From the NCBI GenBank assembly GCA_963804425.1, contig CAWDQF010000009.1:92666-156665 (forward strand): DNA of 64,000 bases, in the 5' to 3' direction. This stretch comes from an uncultured Verrucomicrobiae bacterium. GTDB lineage: Bacteria > Verrucomicrobiota > Verrucomicrobiia > Chthoniobacterales > JAFAMB01. Both the position numbers and the translations under genes were made by a program. The notes beneath the pieces were generated by a model. It was given only the letters and a program-made list of their open reading frames with translations. It ran no database searches and had not been told where the DNA came from. Of the stretch, positions 1 to 8,863 are shown piece after piece (the first letter of the stretch is position 1; every line of letters starts with the position of its first letter).

Positions 1-332
1 GCTATGATCAGGGCGAGCCCATCGTCTACGTTGTCGGGGCCGACAATATCGCCACGGCGAAACCGGTCAAACTTGGGGCTATTTCCAGCGGCCTCCGGGT
101 AGTTGAGGAGGGGGTTAACTCCACGGATCGGATTGTGGTCAACGGTATCGTTCGGCTTCGTCCAGGTATTCCGGTCGCACCCGAGGAAGGAAATATGACC
201 GATTTCTCCGGTACCGTTCGTCGCCAGATCGCAGTCGCCCCGGGAGAAGGCAACTCCAAGCAAAGCAATCCGGTCGCACCAACGCCGGGGAGTCACGGAT
301 CCATCTCTCCGGCGACTGAAACGCAGCATTAG
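1..332 (+). CDS. RND efflux periplasmic adaptor (membrane fusion protein, HlyD/AcrA family), C-terminal fragment; 5' end outside window
   Basis: Frame 3 is open from nt 3 to TAG 330-332. The translation YDQGEPIVYVVGADNIATAKPVKLGAISSGLRVVEEGVNSTDRIVVNGIVRLRPGIPVAPEE looks like the conserved C-terminal part of MFP adaptors. An RND pump gene starts 17 nt downstream. Confidence 0.8.
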   Translation, partial: YDQGEPIVYVVGADNIATAKPVKLGAISSGLRVVEEGVNSTDRIVVNGIVRLRPGIPVAPEEGNMTDFSGTVRRQIAVAPGEGNSKQSNPVAPTPGSHGSISPATETQH

Positions 333-349
333 CCGGGGAAAGACGGTAG

Positions 350-3300
350 ATGAGATTCTCGTACTTCTTTATTGAACGACCAATCTTCGCTTCCGTCCTG
401 TCGATTTTGATCGTTCTGGCGGGCGGGATTACGGTCTTCTTCCTGCCGATCGCCCAGTATCCCGACGTAGTGCCTCCTACGGTCATTGTCTCAGCGGTTT
501 ATCCCGGTGCAAATGCACGAACCGTGGCGGAGACAGTGGCTACTCCGATCGAACAACAGGTAAACGGTGTAAGCGGCATGTTGTACATGTCGTCGCAGTC
601 GACGAACAGCGGCCTAATGACGCTGACGGTAACGTTTGCACTGGGAACAAACCCGGACATCGCCCAAGTACTGGTTCAGAACCAGGTCGCGATTGCGTTG
701 CCGAGTTTGCCCCAGAGTGTCCGGCAAATCGGCGTTGTTACGCAGAAGAGTTCGCCGAACCTGATGCTCGTCGTAAACCTCGTTTCGCCCGATGGCAGGT
801 ACGGTTCCGAATACCTGAGCAACTACGCTGAGATCCAGGTACAGGACCCGCTCAAGCGGGTCAAAGGTGTGGGCAGCGTTCAAGTCTTTGGACTCCGGGA
901 ATACAGCATGCGGGTTTGGCTGAATCCGGATCGAATGGCCGGTCTCAAACTGACCGTCGACGATATTACCCAGGCTATCCAAAGCCAAAACATACAGGTC
1001 GCGGCTGGTACCATCGGCGCGCCGCCGGCCCCGAAAGGCACGCTGTTGGAACTTTCGGTAAATACGCTGGGCCGGCTGACGCGACCCGAACAATTCGGTG
1101 ATATCATTATTAAGACCGGTAGCAACGGCCAAATCGTCCGGCTTCGCGACGTCGGGACGGTGGTCTTGGGAGCCCAGGACTACACGGTGAGCTCTTACCA
1201 CGACGGGAAACCGACGGTCTCCTTGGGAGTTTCACTGGAGGCAGGTGCCAACGCGGTTGCGACCTCCGCCCTTGTTCGGAAGCAGATGGAAGAGCTCGCC
1301 CACCGGTTCAATCCGGGTCTCGCTTACACGATCGACTACGATACCACGACATTCGTCATAGCCTCATTGAACGAAGTGCTTCACACGCTCTTAATCGCCA
1401 TTTTGCTCGTGGTGTTCGTCGTATTAATTTTTCTGCAAACCTGGCGTGCTGCCATCATTCCTCTGATCGCGGTCCCTGTCTCACTCGTTGGCACATTCGC
1501 CGCACTTTACTGTCTCGGATTTTCTCTCAACAACTTATCCCTTTTCGGGTTAGTTCTGGCGATTGGCATCGTCGTAGACGACGCGATTGTGATCGTCGAA
1601 AACTGCGAACGACATCTGGAAGAAGGTTTGCTTCCAAAGGATGCCGCGCGCAAAGCGCTCGATGAAGTCAGCGGTCCGGTCATTGCTGTCGCAGTCGTGC
1701 TGACTGCGGTGTTCCTGCCTTCAGCGTTTCTTCCTGGAATCTCCGGACAGTTCTATCGCCAGTTCGCCGTTACGATCGCGGTTTCCACTCTTATCTCTGC
1801 GTTCAATTCGCTTACGCTAAGTCCCGCTCTCTGCGGCCTACTCCTGCGAAAACGCGAAGAACAAAAGGATCCCGTCACGCGGGTCATCGATGGCGTGGCT
1901 GGATGGTTTTTCCGAGGATTTGACCGAGTCTTCAGCTTTGTGGCCAACGGTTATGCTCAACTGGTTCGCCGAATTCTGGGATTTGCGGTTATCGCCCTTC
2001 TGCTTTATGCCGGTCTGCTGGTGTTGACCGTTTTCGGTTTCAAAGCCGTTCCTACCGGCTTTGTTCCAACCCAGGATCAGGGATACCTCTTGATGGGGGC
2101 TCAGTTGCCGGACGCAGCGTCACTGGAACGAACGGAGGCGGTACGCGTGAAGATCGATAACGCGTTGGGCAACGTTCCAGGAATAGCGCACACCATTGAG
2201 ATCAGCGGATTCTCGGTACTTACTGGCGCCAGCCAAACAAATGCCTGCACAATTTTTGTTATCTTGAAGCCGTTCGAGCAGCGGACTAGCCCGAGCGAAA
2301 GCATGAATGCGATTGTTCGCGCCATCGCGGAAAGAACCGCCGATATTCAGGAGGCAATGATATCGACCTTTCCCCCGCCCCCGGTTCAGGGTATTGGTTC
2401 GACCGGCGGATTTCAGCTGGAGGTCGAAGATCGAGGCAACCTTGGACTGGCAGAGCTGCAGGCGGTCTCGTACCAGCTTATGGGGGCCGCTTACCAGCAA
2501 CCGGGCTTGACTCAGGTATACACTCCGCTACGCACCGATGTACCGCAACTCTACGTAGACATCGACCGCGCCAAAGTGCTCCGCCTGGGAGTACCGCTCC
2601 TGAGCGTATTTAATACGCTGCAGACCTACCTGGGAGCCAACTATGTGAACGATTTTAATTTCCTGGGGCGCACTTACCAGGTGAACGTTCAAGCGGGCAG
2701 TAATTTTCGGTCACAGCCCGATCAGATAGGTCAGCTTTACACCCGAAACGCACAAGGCAACATGGTACCTCTGAGCACGCTCGGGAACGTGAAAGATATC
2801 ACCGGGCCTGATCGGGTAACCCACTACAACCTTTTCACGGCCGCTGATTTTTTCGGCAGCACCGTCTCGGGAGTCAGTTCGGGACAAGCGATCGAGACGA
2901 TGCAGAAACTTTGCCGGCAAATCTTGCCAGCCCAAATGGCGTATGAATGGACCGGGCTCACCTATCAGGAAATCGAAGCCGGGAATGTCGCAATTTATAT
3001 TTTCCCGCTGAGCGTTCTGGTTGTATTCCTCGCTCTGGCTGCCCAATACGAGAGTTGGTCGTTACCGCTGGCCGTCATTTTGATTGTCCCGATGTGCCTG
3101 CTGGCGGCCATCGGCGGAGTCTACCTTCGAGGCTCGGAAAACAACATTTTTACCCAGATCGGTTTCATCGTTCTCGTTGGATTAGCCTGCAAAAACGCTA
3201 TCCTCATCGTGGAATTCGCTCGAACGGAACAAGAGTCTGGTAAGAGCCGGGTCGATTCTGCCGTGGAAGCCTGCCGGATCCGGCTGCGCCCAATTTTGAT

Positions 3301-3496
3301 GACATCCTTTGCCTTTATTCTTGGAGTCCTTCCGTTAGTGATCGCGTCGGGTCCGGGCGCGGAGATGAGGCAGTCGTTAGGTACCGCGGTTTTTAGCGGT
3401 ATGATTGGTGTCACCCTGTTCGGATTGCTGCTGACGCCGGTTTTCTTTTTGGTACTCAGCAGATCACGCCGCGCGCGTCCGGCAACCACGAGATAA
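350..3496 (+). CDS. RND multidrug efflux permease (HAE1 family, AcrB/MexB-like)
   Basis: 1048-aa ORF. N-terminus MRFSYFFIERPIFASVLSILIVLAGG, repeated hydrophobic blocks and two large soluble loops, and a length typical of AcrB-type pumps. Positioned directly after the adaptor gene. Confidence 0.93.
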   Translation: MRFSYFFIERPIFASVLSILIVLAGGITVFFLPIAQYPDVVPPTVIVSAVYPGANARTVAETVATPIEQQVNGVSGMLYMSSQSTNSGLMTLTVTFALGTNPDIAQVLVQNQVAIALPSLPQSVRQIGVVTQKSSPNLMLVVNLVSPDGRYGSEYLSNYAEIQVQDPLKRVKGVGSVQVFGLREYSMRVWLNPDRMAGLKLTVDDITQAIQSQNIQVAAGTIGAPPAPKGTLLELSVNTLGRLTRPEQFGDIIIKTGSNGQIVRLRDVGTVVLGAQDYTVSSYHDGKPTVSLGVSLEAGANAVATSALVRKQMEELAHRFNPGLAYTIDYDTTTFVIASLNEVLHTLLIAILLVVFVVLIFLQTWRAAIIPLIAVPVSLVGTFAALYCLGFSLNNLSLFGLVLAIGIVVDDAIVIVENCERHLEEGLLPKDAARKALDEVSGPVIAVAVVLTAVFLPSAFLPGISGQFYRQFAVTIAVSTLISAFNSLTLSPALCGLLLRKREEQKDPVTRVIDGVAGWFFRGFDRVFSFVANGYAQLVRRILGFAVIALLLYAGLLVLTVFGFKAVPTGFVPTQDQGYLLMGAQLPDAASLERTEAVRVKIDNALGNVPGIAHTIEISGFSVLTGASQTNACTIFVILKPFEQRTSPSESMNAIVRAIAERTADIQEAMISTFPPPPVQGIGSTGGFQLEVEDRGNLGLAELQAVSYQLMGAAYQQPGLTQVYTPLRTDVPQLYVDIDRAKVLRLGVPLLSVFNTLQTYLGANYVNDFNFLGRTYQVNVQAGSNFRSQPDQIGQLYTRNAQGNMVPLSTLGNVKDITGPDRVTHYNLFTAADFFGSTVSGVSSGQAIETMQKLCRQILPAQMAYEWTGLTYQEIEAGNVAIYIFPLSVLVVFLALAAQYESWSLPLAVILIVPMCLLAAIGGVYLRGSENNIFTQIGFIVLVGLACKNAILIVEFARTEQESGKSRVDSAVEACRIRLRPILMTSFAFILGVLPLVIASGPGAEMRQSLGTAVFSGMIGVTLFGLLLTPVFFLVLSRSRRARPATTR

Positions 3497-3705
3497 TTAC
3501 TGACTGGAGTAGTCGTTTCATGCTAGCTCGTTCCTATTCGCCCCCGTCTGACGCCAGTCGCGATCGCCTCCGTATGGGCCATGCCTCCAGCGGGTGAGCA
3601 CAAACCCAAACGGGACTCTGCGGGACCGGTTGCAGAGAGCATATTATTGTCTAGCTTTTCTCAGACATTGTTCGCACTATAAGAACAAGAAAGACTAAAA
3701 ATCCT

Positions 3706-4242
3706 ATGGCAACACGAGCAACTGCTGCTACCTCAGGCGCTCTCGAAGCACCGAAGAGCGAGGTTTCTAGAGAGAATACGGCTGATCAAATCATCAAACA
3801 GAACCTTCTTTGGGGCGCAGGCGCAGGCGTTATCCCAATTCCTATTCTCGACGCGGCTGCCACCGCCGTCGTGCAGGTTCGGATGCTAAAGCAATTGTCG
3901 GATCTCTACGAAGTGCCGTTTCGGGAAGATCGTATCAAAAATATCTGCGCAAGCTTGTTGGCAGGTTTAGGAGCACCGGTGATCGGTTCTGCGATTGCCA
4001 TCAGCGCCATCAAATTCGTGCCAATCGTCGGACCGATCATTGGCGTCCTCGCGTTCCCGGCCACTTCTGCTGCATTCACGTATGCTGTTGGCAAGGTGTT
4101 CGTTCAGCACTTTGCTTCCGGCGGGACTTTTCTGGATTTCGATCCGCAAAAGGTCAGGGAATACTTCGCTCGCCAGTTCGAGGAGGGAAAGCTGGTCGCA
4201 TCGAAACTGAAGAGCGACTCCGCCTCGACGAAGGCGGAATAA
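3706..4242 (+). CDS. DUF697 / YcjF-like membrane protein
   Basis: 178 aa. The core LLWGAGAGVIPIPILDAAATAVVQVRMLKQLSDLYEVPF ... FPATSAAFTYAVGKVF resembles the DUF697 family. Followed by a strong hairpin terminator. Confidence 0.7.
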   Translation: MATRATAATSGALEAPKSEVSRENTADQIIKQNLLWGAGAGVIPIPILDAAATAVVQVRMLKQLSDLYEVPFREDRIKNICASLLAGLGAPVIGSAIAISAIKFVPIVGPIIGVLAFPATSAAFTYAVGKVFVQHFASGGTFLDFDPQKVREYFARQFEEGKLVASKLKSDSASTKAE

Positions 4243-4248
4243 AGGCAC

Positions 4249-4274
4249 GGCGGCGGGTCCCGCCGCCACTTTTG
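4249..4274 (+). terminator. Rho-independent terminator downstream of the DUF697 gene
   Basis: Stem GGCGGCGG (4249-4256) pairs with CCGCCGCC (4260-4267) around a 3-nt loop, followed by ACTTTTGCTCTTG. Starts 6 nt after the TAA stop at 4240-4242. Confidence 0.7.
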
Positions 4275-4328
4275 CTCTTGCTGACGGAGACGTTCCTGCG
4301 CCAACCTTAAGCTTCTGCTCCTCCCGTC

Positions 4329-4517
4329 ATGATTTTTGCGTTTTTGTATCTTGCGCTTTGTTTTTTCGTCGCGGTCCTCGGCGCTAGTCGGCCGCTTCGC
4401 TTTTGGGGGTATTTTCTCAGCTCACTCTTGCTTACTCCATTCATTGGCTTACTGCTCGTTTTCGCAGCCGGGGACAATCGAGCGACTCCTTCGCACCGGA
4501 ATCATCATGACGAGTAA
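4329..4517 (+). CDS. possible small two-helix membrane protein (hypothetical)
   Basis: 62-aa ORF MIFAFLYLALCFFVAVLGASRPLRFWGYFLSSLLLTPFIGLLLVFAAG with two hydrophobic segments. No recognisable family. An overlapping alternative-frame ORF (4336-4554) makes the call uncertain. Confidence 0.35.
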   Translation: MIFAFLYLALCFFVAVLGASRPLRFWGYFLSSLLLTPFIGLLLVFAAGDNRATPSHRNHHDE

Positions 4518-4558
4518 CCTGGGCTCTTGGCTGACTCCAAATCTAGCGTCCTGACAAT

Positions 4559-5626
4559 ATGCCAGTGACAGCTCCGCCCGCTCGCCCGAGTCGACCAAAG
4601 CGAAGGCATGAACGGCACCAACTGAAGATTGTCATCGGGGTTTTTATCTTGCTCTTTGGCCTGATCTCTGTTTGGCCATTCATCGTTGTTTACATCGATT
4701 CGGGTCATGCCGGCGTCTACTATAGCCTCTTCTTCGGAGGAACCGACACTAAGCGCGTTCGTCATGAAGGAATCCAATTTAAACTGCCCTGGGATAATAT
4801 ATTCGATTACGACGTGCGGCTCCAGCAGCTGGTCTACAGGTATTCGGTCATCAGCGCCGACGGGCTGATCATCCAGTTCAGGACCTCGGTCCGATGCCGA
4901 CCTCGCCTTAAGAGTTTAGGACTGTTGCAACGAAATATTGGCCCCGACTACGCCCAGAAGATTGTCATCCCGCAGACTCAGACGGCGCTGCGCGAGGTGG
5001 TTGGCGACACACCAATCGATCAGATTTACTCAACCAACGTATCGCTCTTGCAAAAGGCGGTCTTGCGATCCGTTGCGCAGGTCAGTGGAAAGTATATCGA
5101 GATCGATGACATCCTGATCACTGACGTCGACATCCCGGAAACGGTTAAAAGAGCTATTGAGGCAAAGATCACTCAGCAGCAAAACTCGCTTCAGTACGAC
5201 TATGTCTTGTCAGTCGCCAAAAAGGAGGCTGAACGAAAAAGAATCGAAGCCGAGGGGATTCGCGATTTTCAACTCATCGTTACACCCGGAATCTCGGAGA
5301 ACTTCTTACGCTGGAAGGGAATTGAGGCTACTCTCGATCTTGCGAAATCCAACAATTCAAAGGTGGTCGTGATCGGAGCGCAGAACGGGTTGCCACTGAT
5401 CCTGGATACGGCTTCGACCTTGGCGACGACCTCTCCGTCGTCGCCGCCGACGCCTTTGCCGAAACCGAGTTCTTCGCCTTACCAGGAGCCGCGGATTCCA
5501 AAATCCGGACCCTCTAGCGAGGTCAAACCGAACCAATTAGTGCCAGTACCAGTGGCGACGCCGGAGCCAAGCGCCTCGCCGGAGCCAAGCGCCTCGCCGG
5601 AGCCGACCGAATCGTCGACCCCCTGA
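4559..5626 (+). CDS. SPFH / band-7 / prohibitin-family membrane protein with Pro/Ser-rich C-terminal tail
   Basis: 355 aa with an N-terminal TM segment (IVIGVFILLFGLISVWPFIVV). The SPFH core runs from HAGVYYSLFFGG through IQFKLPWDNIFDYDVRLQ, ILITDVDIPETVKRAIEAK and KKEAERKRIEAEGIRDF to KVVVIG. The tail is SSPPTPLPKPSSSPY...PEPSASPEPSASPEPTESSTP. Confidence 0.85.
   Translation: MPVTAPPARPSRPKRRHERHQLKIVIGVFILLFGLISVWPFIVVYIDSGHAGVYYSLFFGGTDTKRVRHEGIQFKLPWDNIFDYDVRLQQLVYRYSVISADGLIIQFRTSVRCRPRLKSLGLLQRNIGPDYAQKIVIPQTQTALREVVGDTPIDQIYSTNVSLLQKAVLRSVAQVSGKYIEIDDILITDVDIPETVKRAIEAKITQQQNSLQYDYVLSVAKKEAERKRIEAEGIRDFQLIVTPGISENFLRWKGIEATLDLAKSNNSKVVVIGAQNGLPLILDTASTLATTSPSSPPTPLPKPSSSPYQEPRIPKSGPSSEVKPNQLVPVPVATPEPSASPEPSASPEPTESSTP
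5561..5614 (+). repeat. 18-nt tandem repeat (2 perfect + 1 diverged copy) encoding PEPSAS/PEPSAS/PEPTES
   Basis: ccggagccaagcgcctcg occurs at 5561-5578 and 5579-5596, then ccggagccgaccgaatcg at 5597-5614. In frame within the tail of the SPFH gene. Confidence 0.9.
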
Positions 5627-5742
5627 AGCGCGGCCCTGTTCCGCCTCACGCCATAGCCCAGCAAGTCTTTCGATGAACTAGCATTAGCTCCTTCGTTTCG
5701 TGAGCGCTCGGCCTGACGCGGAGAAGCCAGCCCAATAAGGAT

Positions 5743-6192
5743 TTATAATTGCGGGCATGCGATGTCGATAAGGGTATAGTTTGATTGCTGCTTTTGCGTT
5801 ATCGGCGCCGTGACATCGCCATCAAGTTCGAGCGATCTCCTCATAGCGTTGTCCCTCAGGTACAGCCGATAGAAGGAGACTTGGCCGGGATTCTCGGAGA
5901 ACGCAACGGGTGCGAGGTCTGATTCAATCGAGCAATCGCTCGCGTTGCCGGGCCGCGTTTCAAAGGATACGAACCGCCGATCGATGATATTCTTTTTTGC
6001 GTCAAGCAAACAGGCATAGCCAACAAGATTCAGCCGATGGCGAGTGTCGTTATTCGCGGAAAAGACGTATTCGAACCGCGTATAATCTGGCCTGATAGTC
6101 TTTGGATATATCTCTTTAAGCGCAATTTGCTGAGCTACACTGATGGTACACCAAGTTAGCGAAAAGGCGCAGATGGTCAGAAATCTGTTCAT
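5743..6192 (-). CDS. hypothetical secreted protein (signal peptide), last gene of the minus-strand operon
   Basis: 149 aa. N-terminal MNRFLTICAFSLTWCTISVAQQ looks like a Sec signal peptide. No recognisable family. Lies 36 nt downstream of the ABC exporter gene on the same strand. Confidence 0.5.
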   Translation of the reverse strand: MNRFLTICAFSLTWCTISVAQQIALKEIYPKTIRPDYTRFEYVFSANNDTRHRLNLVGYACLLDAKKNIIDRRFVSFETRPGNASDCSIESDLAPVAFSENPGQVSFYRLYLRDNAMRRSLELDGDVTAPITQKQQSNYTLIDIACPQL

Positions 6193-6228
6193 GGAAACGG
6201 GAGAGATGATAGCTAGCCAGCTCAGAGA

Positions 6229-7854
6229 TTACGATCGAACAAATTTACCAAACTGCATTTTCAGTACACGATCCGCGACATCATAGTGGTCGTCGTCATG
6301 GGTCACCGCGACCACCGTCTTACCCTGCCGTTTCAGTTCGGGAAGGATCTCTCGATAAAATTTGCGCCGAAACGGCGGATCCTGCTCAGCAGCCCATTCA
6401 TCCAGAAGAAAAATCGGACGATCCTCCAACAACGCGAGGACGAGTGCTAAACGTTTTCGCTGCCCGCTCGAAAGGTCGATCGTTGTGATAAGGTGATCTT
6501 CAATAGCGGTCTTCTGCGATAGCTCCGTCTCCCCTAAGAGCTGATCTAGTCGTGCCCGATCGATTTCTTTAAGCCCATAGACCTGGTCGAATAGATGAAA
6601 ATCAGAGAAAATGGGCGAAAACAGATTGCGATAATCTTGGCGATTGCGGGCTCCGACCGCGACACCGTTGACGAAAATCTGCCCGCCGGCCGGCAGGTAT
6701 AACCCGGCCAGAACCTTCAGAAACGTTGACTTACCGCTTCCGTTTCCACCGGTAACAAAAACCAGTTCCCCCGGTGAAAGTTTAAAGTCAAACGGCTCCA
6801 GTGAAAAAGAGGGTTGTCCGTGTTCATCACGGTACGCAAAGGCAATTCGTTTGCACTCAATTTCGCCAAACGTCAGACCGGGCTCGCTCTCAACTGGAGA
6901 GTCCGTAACACCAGCTGCATTCGGCGAATCGAGCCGTTGTTCGATTCGCCCGATTTCTTTGATCGCCTCCAGCGCTTGATTCAGCATCGGGTAAACCATC
7001 ACGACCTCACCGAGTGGACCAAACATGAAAACAATTAAAGTCGATATTCCTACGATCTTCGGGGCTTGCTCCGGAGCAATGGCCGGAAGCAAGAAGACGA
7101 CTGCCGCCAGTAAGACGAAGAGCGCCGCCGTCGCCAGCAAGACACTGCGATTAACAATCAACCCAGTATGCACCCGAGCTTCCTTGGCTATCCCGGTCAA
7201 CGGCTTCAGGTGCTCATCGATGAAATCCCGACTCTTATCGGAGTTCATTTTCAACTCCTTGAACCCGTCCAATAGCTCCCCAAAGGCGTCGACAAACTGA
7301 TTGTCGGTCTTGGTCACTTCCGCCAAGGCAGTCGACATCCGTCCTTGATTGAGCCAGAAGACGCCGATGATAAATCCAAGCGTTCCGACAACTATCAGAA
7401 ACGCTGCGCTGGAAAGCCATAAAATGATAAGAAAGGCGCAGATTAGTAACACCAGGGAAGTGGCACCGCTGATGATTCCCGTGCTCGCTCGCGAAATCGT
7501 ATTCGCGTGGGTGGAGACCACGTTAAACAGCGGCGCCCGCCCAATAGCCTCGATCGCACTCAAGTCCGACTGGCGAACCTTTTCGATGAGACGAAGCCGA
7601 ACAGTTTGGACCACCTGCTCCACGATCCTGGTCATCTGCCGCATCAGAAATCCTTTGCTGGACCAGAACGCCCAAAGACAAAGGGCGACCTTTGCTAGAT
7701 CCCAGAGATCGGCTGAACCATGCGCCGCCTTCGCGCCGGCAAGCGTCAGCAGGAAGATTAGCGCCGTGTTCAAGATTCCAGCAAAGATCCCAGCGATGAT
7801 CAAGCGCCGGTCGAGCTCGGTTGATTCTCGCTGCAAGAACTTAAGAAATTCCAT
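6229..7854 (-). CDS. cyclic-peptide-type ABC exporter (fused TMD-NBD, SyrD/PvdE/YojI-like)
   Basis: 541 aa. N-terminal MEFLKFLQRES...RRLIIAGIFAGILNTALIFLLT plus about 6 hydrophobic segments. Walker A GGNGSGKST, signature LSSGQRKRL, Walker B IFLLDEW, H-loop VAVTHDD. Confidence 0.88.
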   Translation of the reverse strand: MEFLKFLQRESTELDRRLIIAGIFAGILNTALIFLLTLAGAKAAHGSADLWDLAKVALCLWAFWSSKGFLMRQMTRIVEQVVQTVRLRLIEKVRQSDLSAIEAIGRAPLFNVVSTHANTISRASTGIISGATSLVLLICAFLIILWLSSAAFLIVVGTLGFIIGVFWLNQGRMSTALAEVTKTDNQFVDAFGELLDGFKELKMNSDKSRDFIDEHLKPLTGIAKEARVHTGLIVNRSVLLATAALFVLLAAVVFLLPAIAPEQAPKIVGISTLIVFMFGPLGEVVMVYPMLNQALEAIKEIGRIEQRLDSPNAAGVTDSPVESEPGLTFGEIECKRIAFAYRDEHGQPSFSLEPFDFKLSPGELVFVTGGNGSGKSTFLKVLAGLYLPAGGQIFVNGVAVGARNRQDYRNLFSPIFSDFHLFDQVYGLKEIDRARLDQLLGETELSQKTAIEDHLITTIDLSSGQRKRLALVLALLEDRPIFLLDEWAAEQDPPFRRKFYREILPELKRQGKTVVAVTHDDDHYDVADRVLKMQFGKFVRS

Positions 7855-7884
7855 ATCGAATCCGATCGGCCTTACGACTAGCTG

Positions 7885-8844
7885 TCAGAGTGAACCACCG
7901 CACTTCTTCACCAGCGCTCGGAGGTTGTCAGTTTCGTGACCGAACGGCGAGGAAACAATCATGAATTCTGACTCGGAATTTTTGCTGAGATTGTATTTCG
8001 TTGCTGTAGCCATGCTCCCCGACGGACCAAGATCCACATAGAGGAACGGACCCGACGACTCGAGCCGACGAATCGTCCCGATAAAGTCGATCTGGTTACG
8101 TATAACCTCCCAAAGGCGTTGGGCCGACGCATCTTTCCAGAAATCCTGCCGTTCCATCGAAATGATCGGAATCCGGGGCATCGAAAAGGTCACTTGCTCT
8201 AGAATCTGGCGGAAAGGGCATCGCAAGACGTCGATCGCCGGAGAATGAAATGGGTAATCGACAGGTAACTCGGCCGTGCTGATACCCGCGTTTTTAAGAA
8301 ACGCTTGCAAACGTCCTAAAACTGAAGGTAGCGCGGATACGAGAAAGTTTCGCTCAAAATTATGCGCTGCCACCGTGCAATCCCGAAACTCGTGGCGATA
8401 GCGTTCCACTATTTCCACTGAATCGAGTACTGCCAACATACCGCCCGCCGGCGCGCAATACTCGACTAGTTCCGCCTGCTTGATCACCGCGGTGAACACG
8501 TCAAGAAACGAGGCCACGCCGGAAACCACTAGACACGCATATTCACCTAAGCTCTGGCCAAGAAGATAGTCAGGCCGGAGGCCACGTTTTACCAACATCT
8601 CGGCTATCGCGCATTCGAAAAGGAGTATGGCCGGGTGGGTGTACAGCAGGCGATGAAAAGGATCAAATCGATCGGACCTCTCCCGATAGAGAACATCCAC
8701 GAGAGACTGGTTAATCAATTTTCTCGCCAGTTCGTCTCCGTTTTCGATGAACTCCCGAAAAACCGGTTCATTCCTGAATAGCTCCCGCCCCATCTGATAG
8801 TATTGGGCGCCTTGCCCTGGGAACATCCAGATCGTCTGCTTCAT
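7885..8844 (-). CDS. discrete acyltransferase-like protein, probable acyl-hydrolase (AH/proofreading) type of trans-AT systems
   Basis: Preferred start is ATG 8842-8844 (MKQTIWMFPGQGAQYYQMG), 19 nt after the upstream stop; the ORF-track start 8940 would overlap the previous gene. Nucleophile elbow is GQSLGEY instead of GHSxGE. The Arg that binds the malonyl carboxylate is replaced (VIKQAELV versus VKQRAELM in the neighbouring AT). YPFHS motif present. Confidence 0.8.
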   Translation of the reverse strand: MKQTIWMFPGQGAQYYQMGRELFRNEPVFREFIENGDELARKLINQSLVDVLYRERSDRFDPFHRLLYTHPAILLFECAIAEMLVKRGLRPDYLLGQSLGEYACLVVSGVASFLDVFTAVIKQAELVEYCAPAGGMLAVLDSVEIVERYRHEFRDCTVAAHNFERNFLVSALPSVLGRLQAFLKNAGISTAELPVDYPFHSPAIDVLRCPFRQILEQVTFSMPRIPIISMERQDFWKDASAQRLWEVIRNQIDFIGTIRRLESSGPFLYVDLGPSGSMATATKYNLSKNSESEFMIVSSPFGHETDNLRALVKKCGGSL

Positions 8845-8863
8845 GATTCTCAAGTCGACTAGT

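Noticed and set aside
139-486. 115-aa minus-strand ORF spanning the adaptor/pump junction.
   Set aside because: It is antisense to two recognisable RND genes and has no family resemblance.
1-3496. The RND adaptor/pump pair as a dedicated exporter or resistance determinant of the PKS cluster.
   Set aside because: It is on the opposite strand and separated from the operon by three unrelated membrane-protein genes and a terminator. A dedicated ABC exporter already sits in the operon. A link cannot be supported from sequence alone.
3520-3597. 25-aa ORF (MLARSYSPPSDASRDRLRMGHASSG) in the intergenic region after the RND pump.
   Set aside because: It is too short, has no RBS or family signal, and is most likely a chance ORF.
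3600-3705. Possible sigma70-type promoter elements (TATAAG near 3678-3683, TATTAT near 3642-3647) upstream of the DUF697 gene.
   Set aside because: No convincing -35 element lies at the correct spacing, and the host's promoter consensus is unknown. Not reported as a feature.
3810-4310. 166-aa Arg-rich + strand ORF overlapping the DUF697 gene.
   Set aside because: It is an alternative frame of a gene with a clear family signature and has a composition-biased translation. The hairpin terminator at 4249-4274 falls inside it.
5627-5742. A bidirectional terminator was expected between the convergent SPFH gene and the end of the minus-strand operon.
   Set aside because: Only short 4-bp stems and an 8-nt palindrome (GAGCGCTC) are visible, with no stable GC hairpin and T tract.
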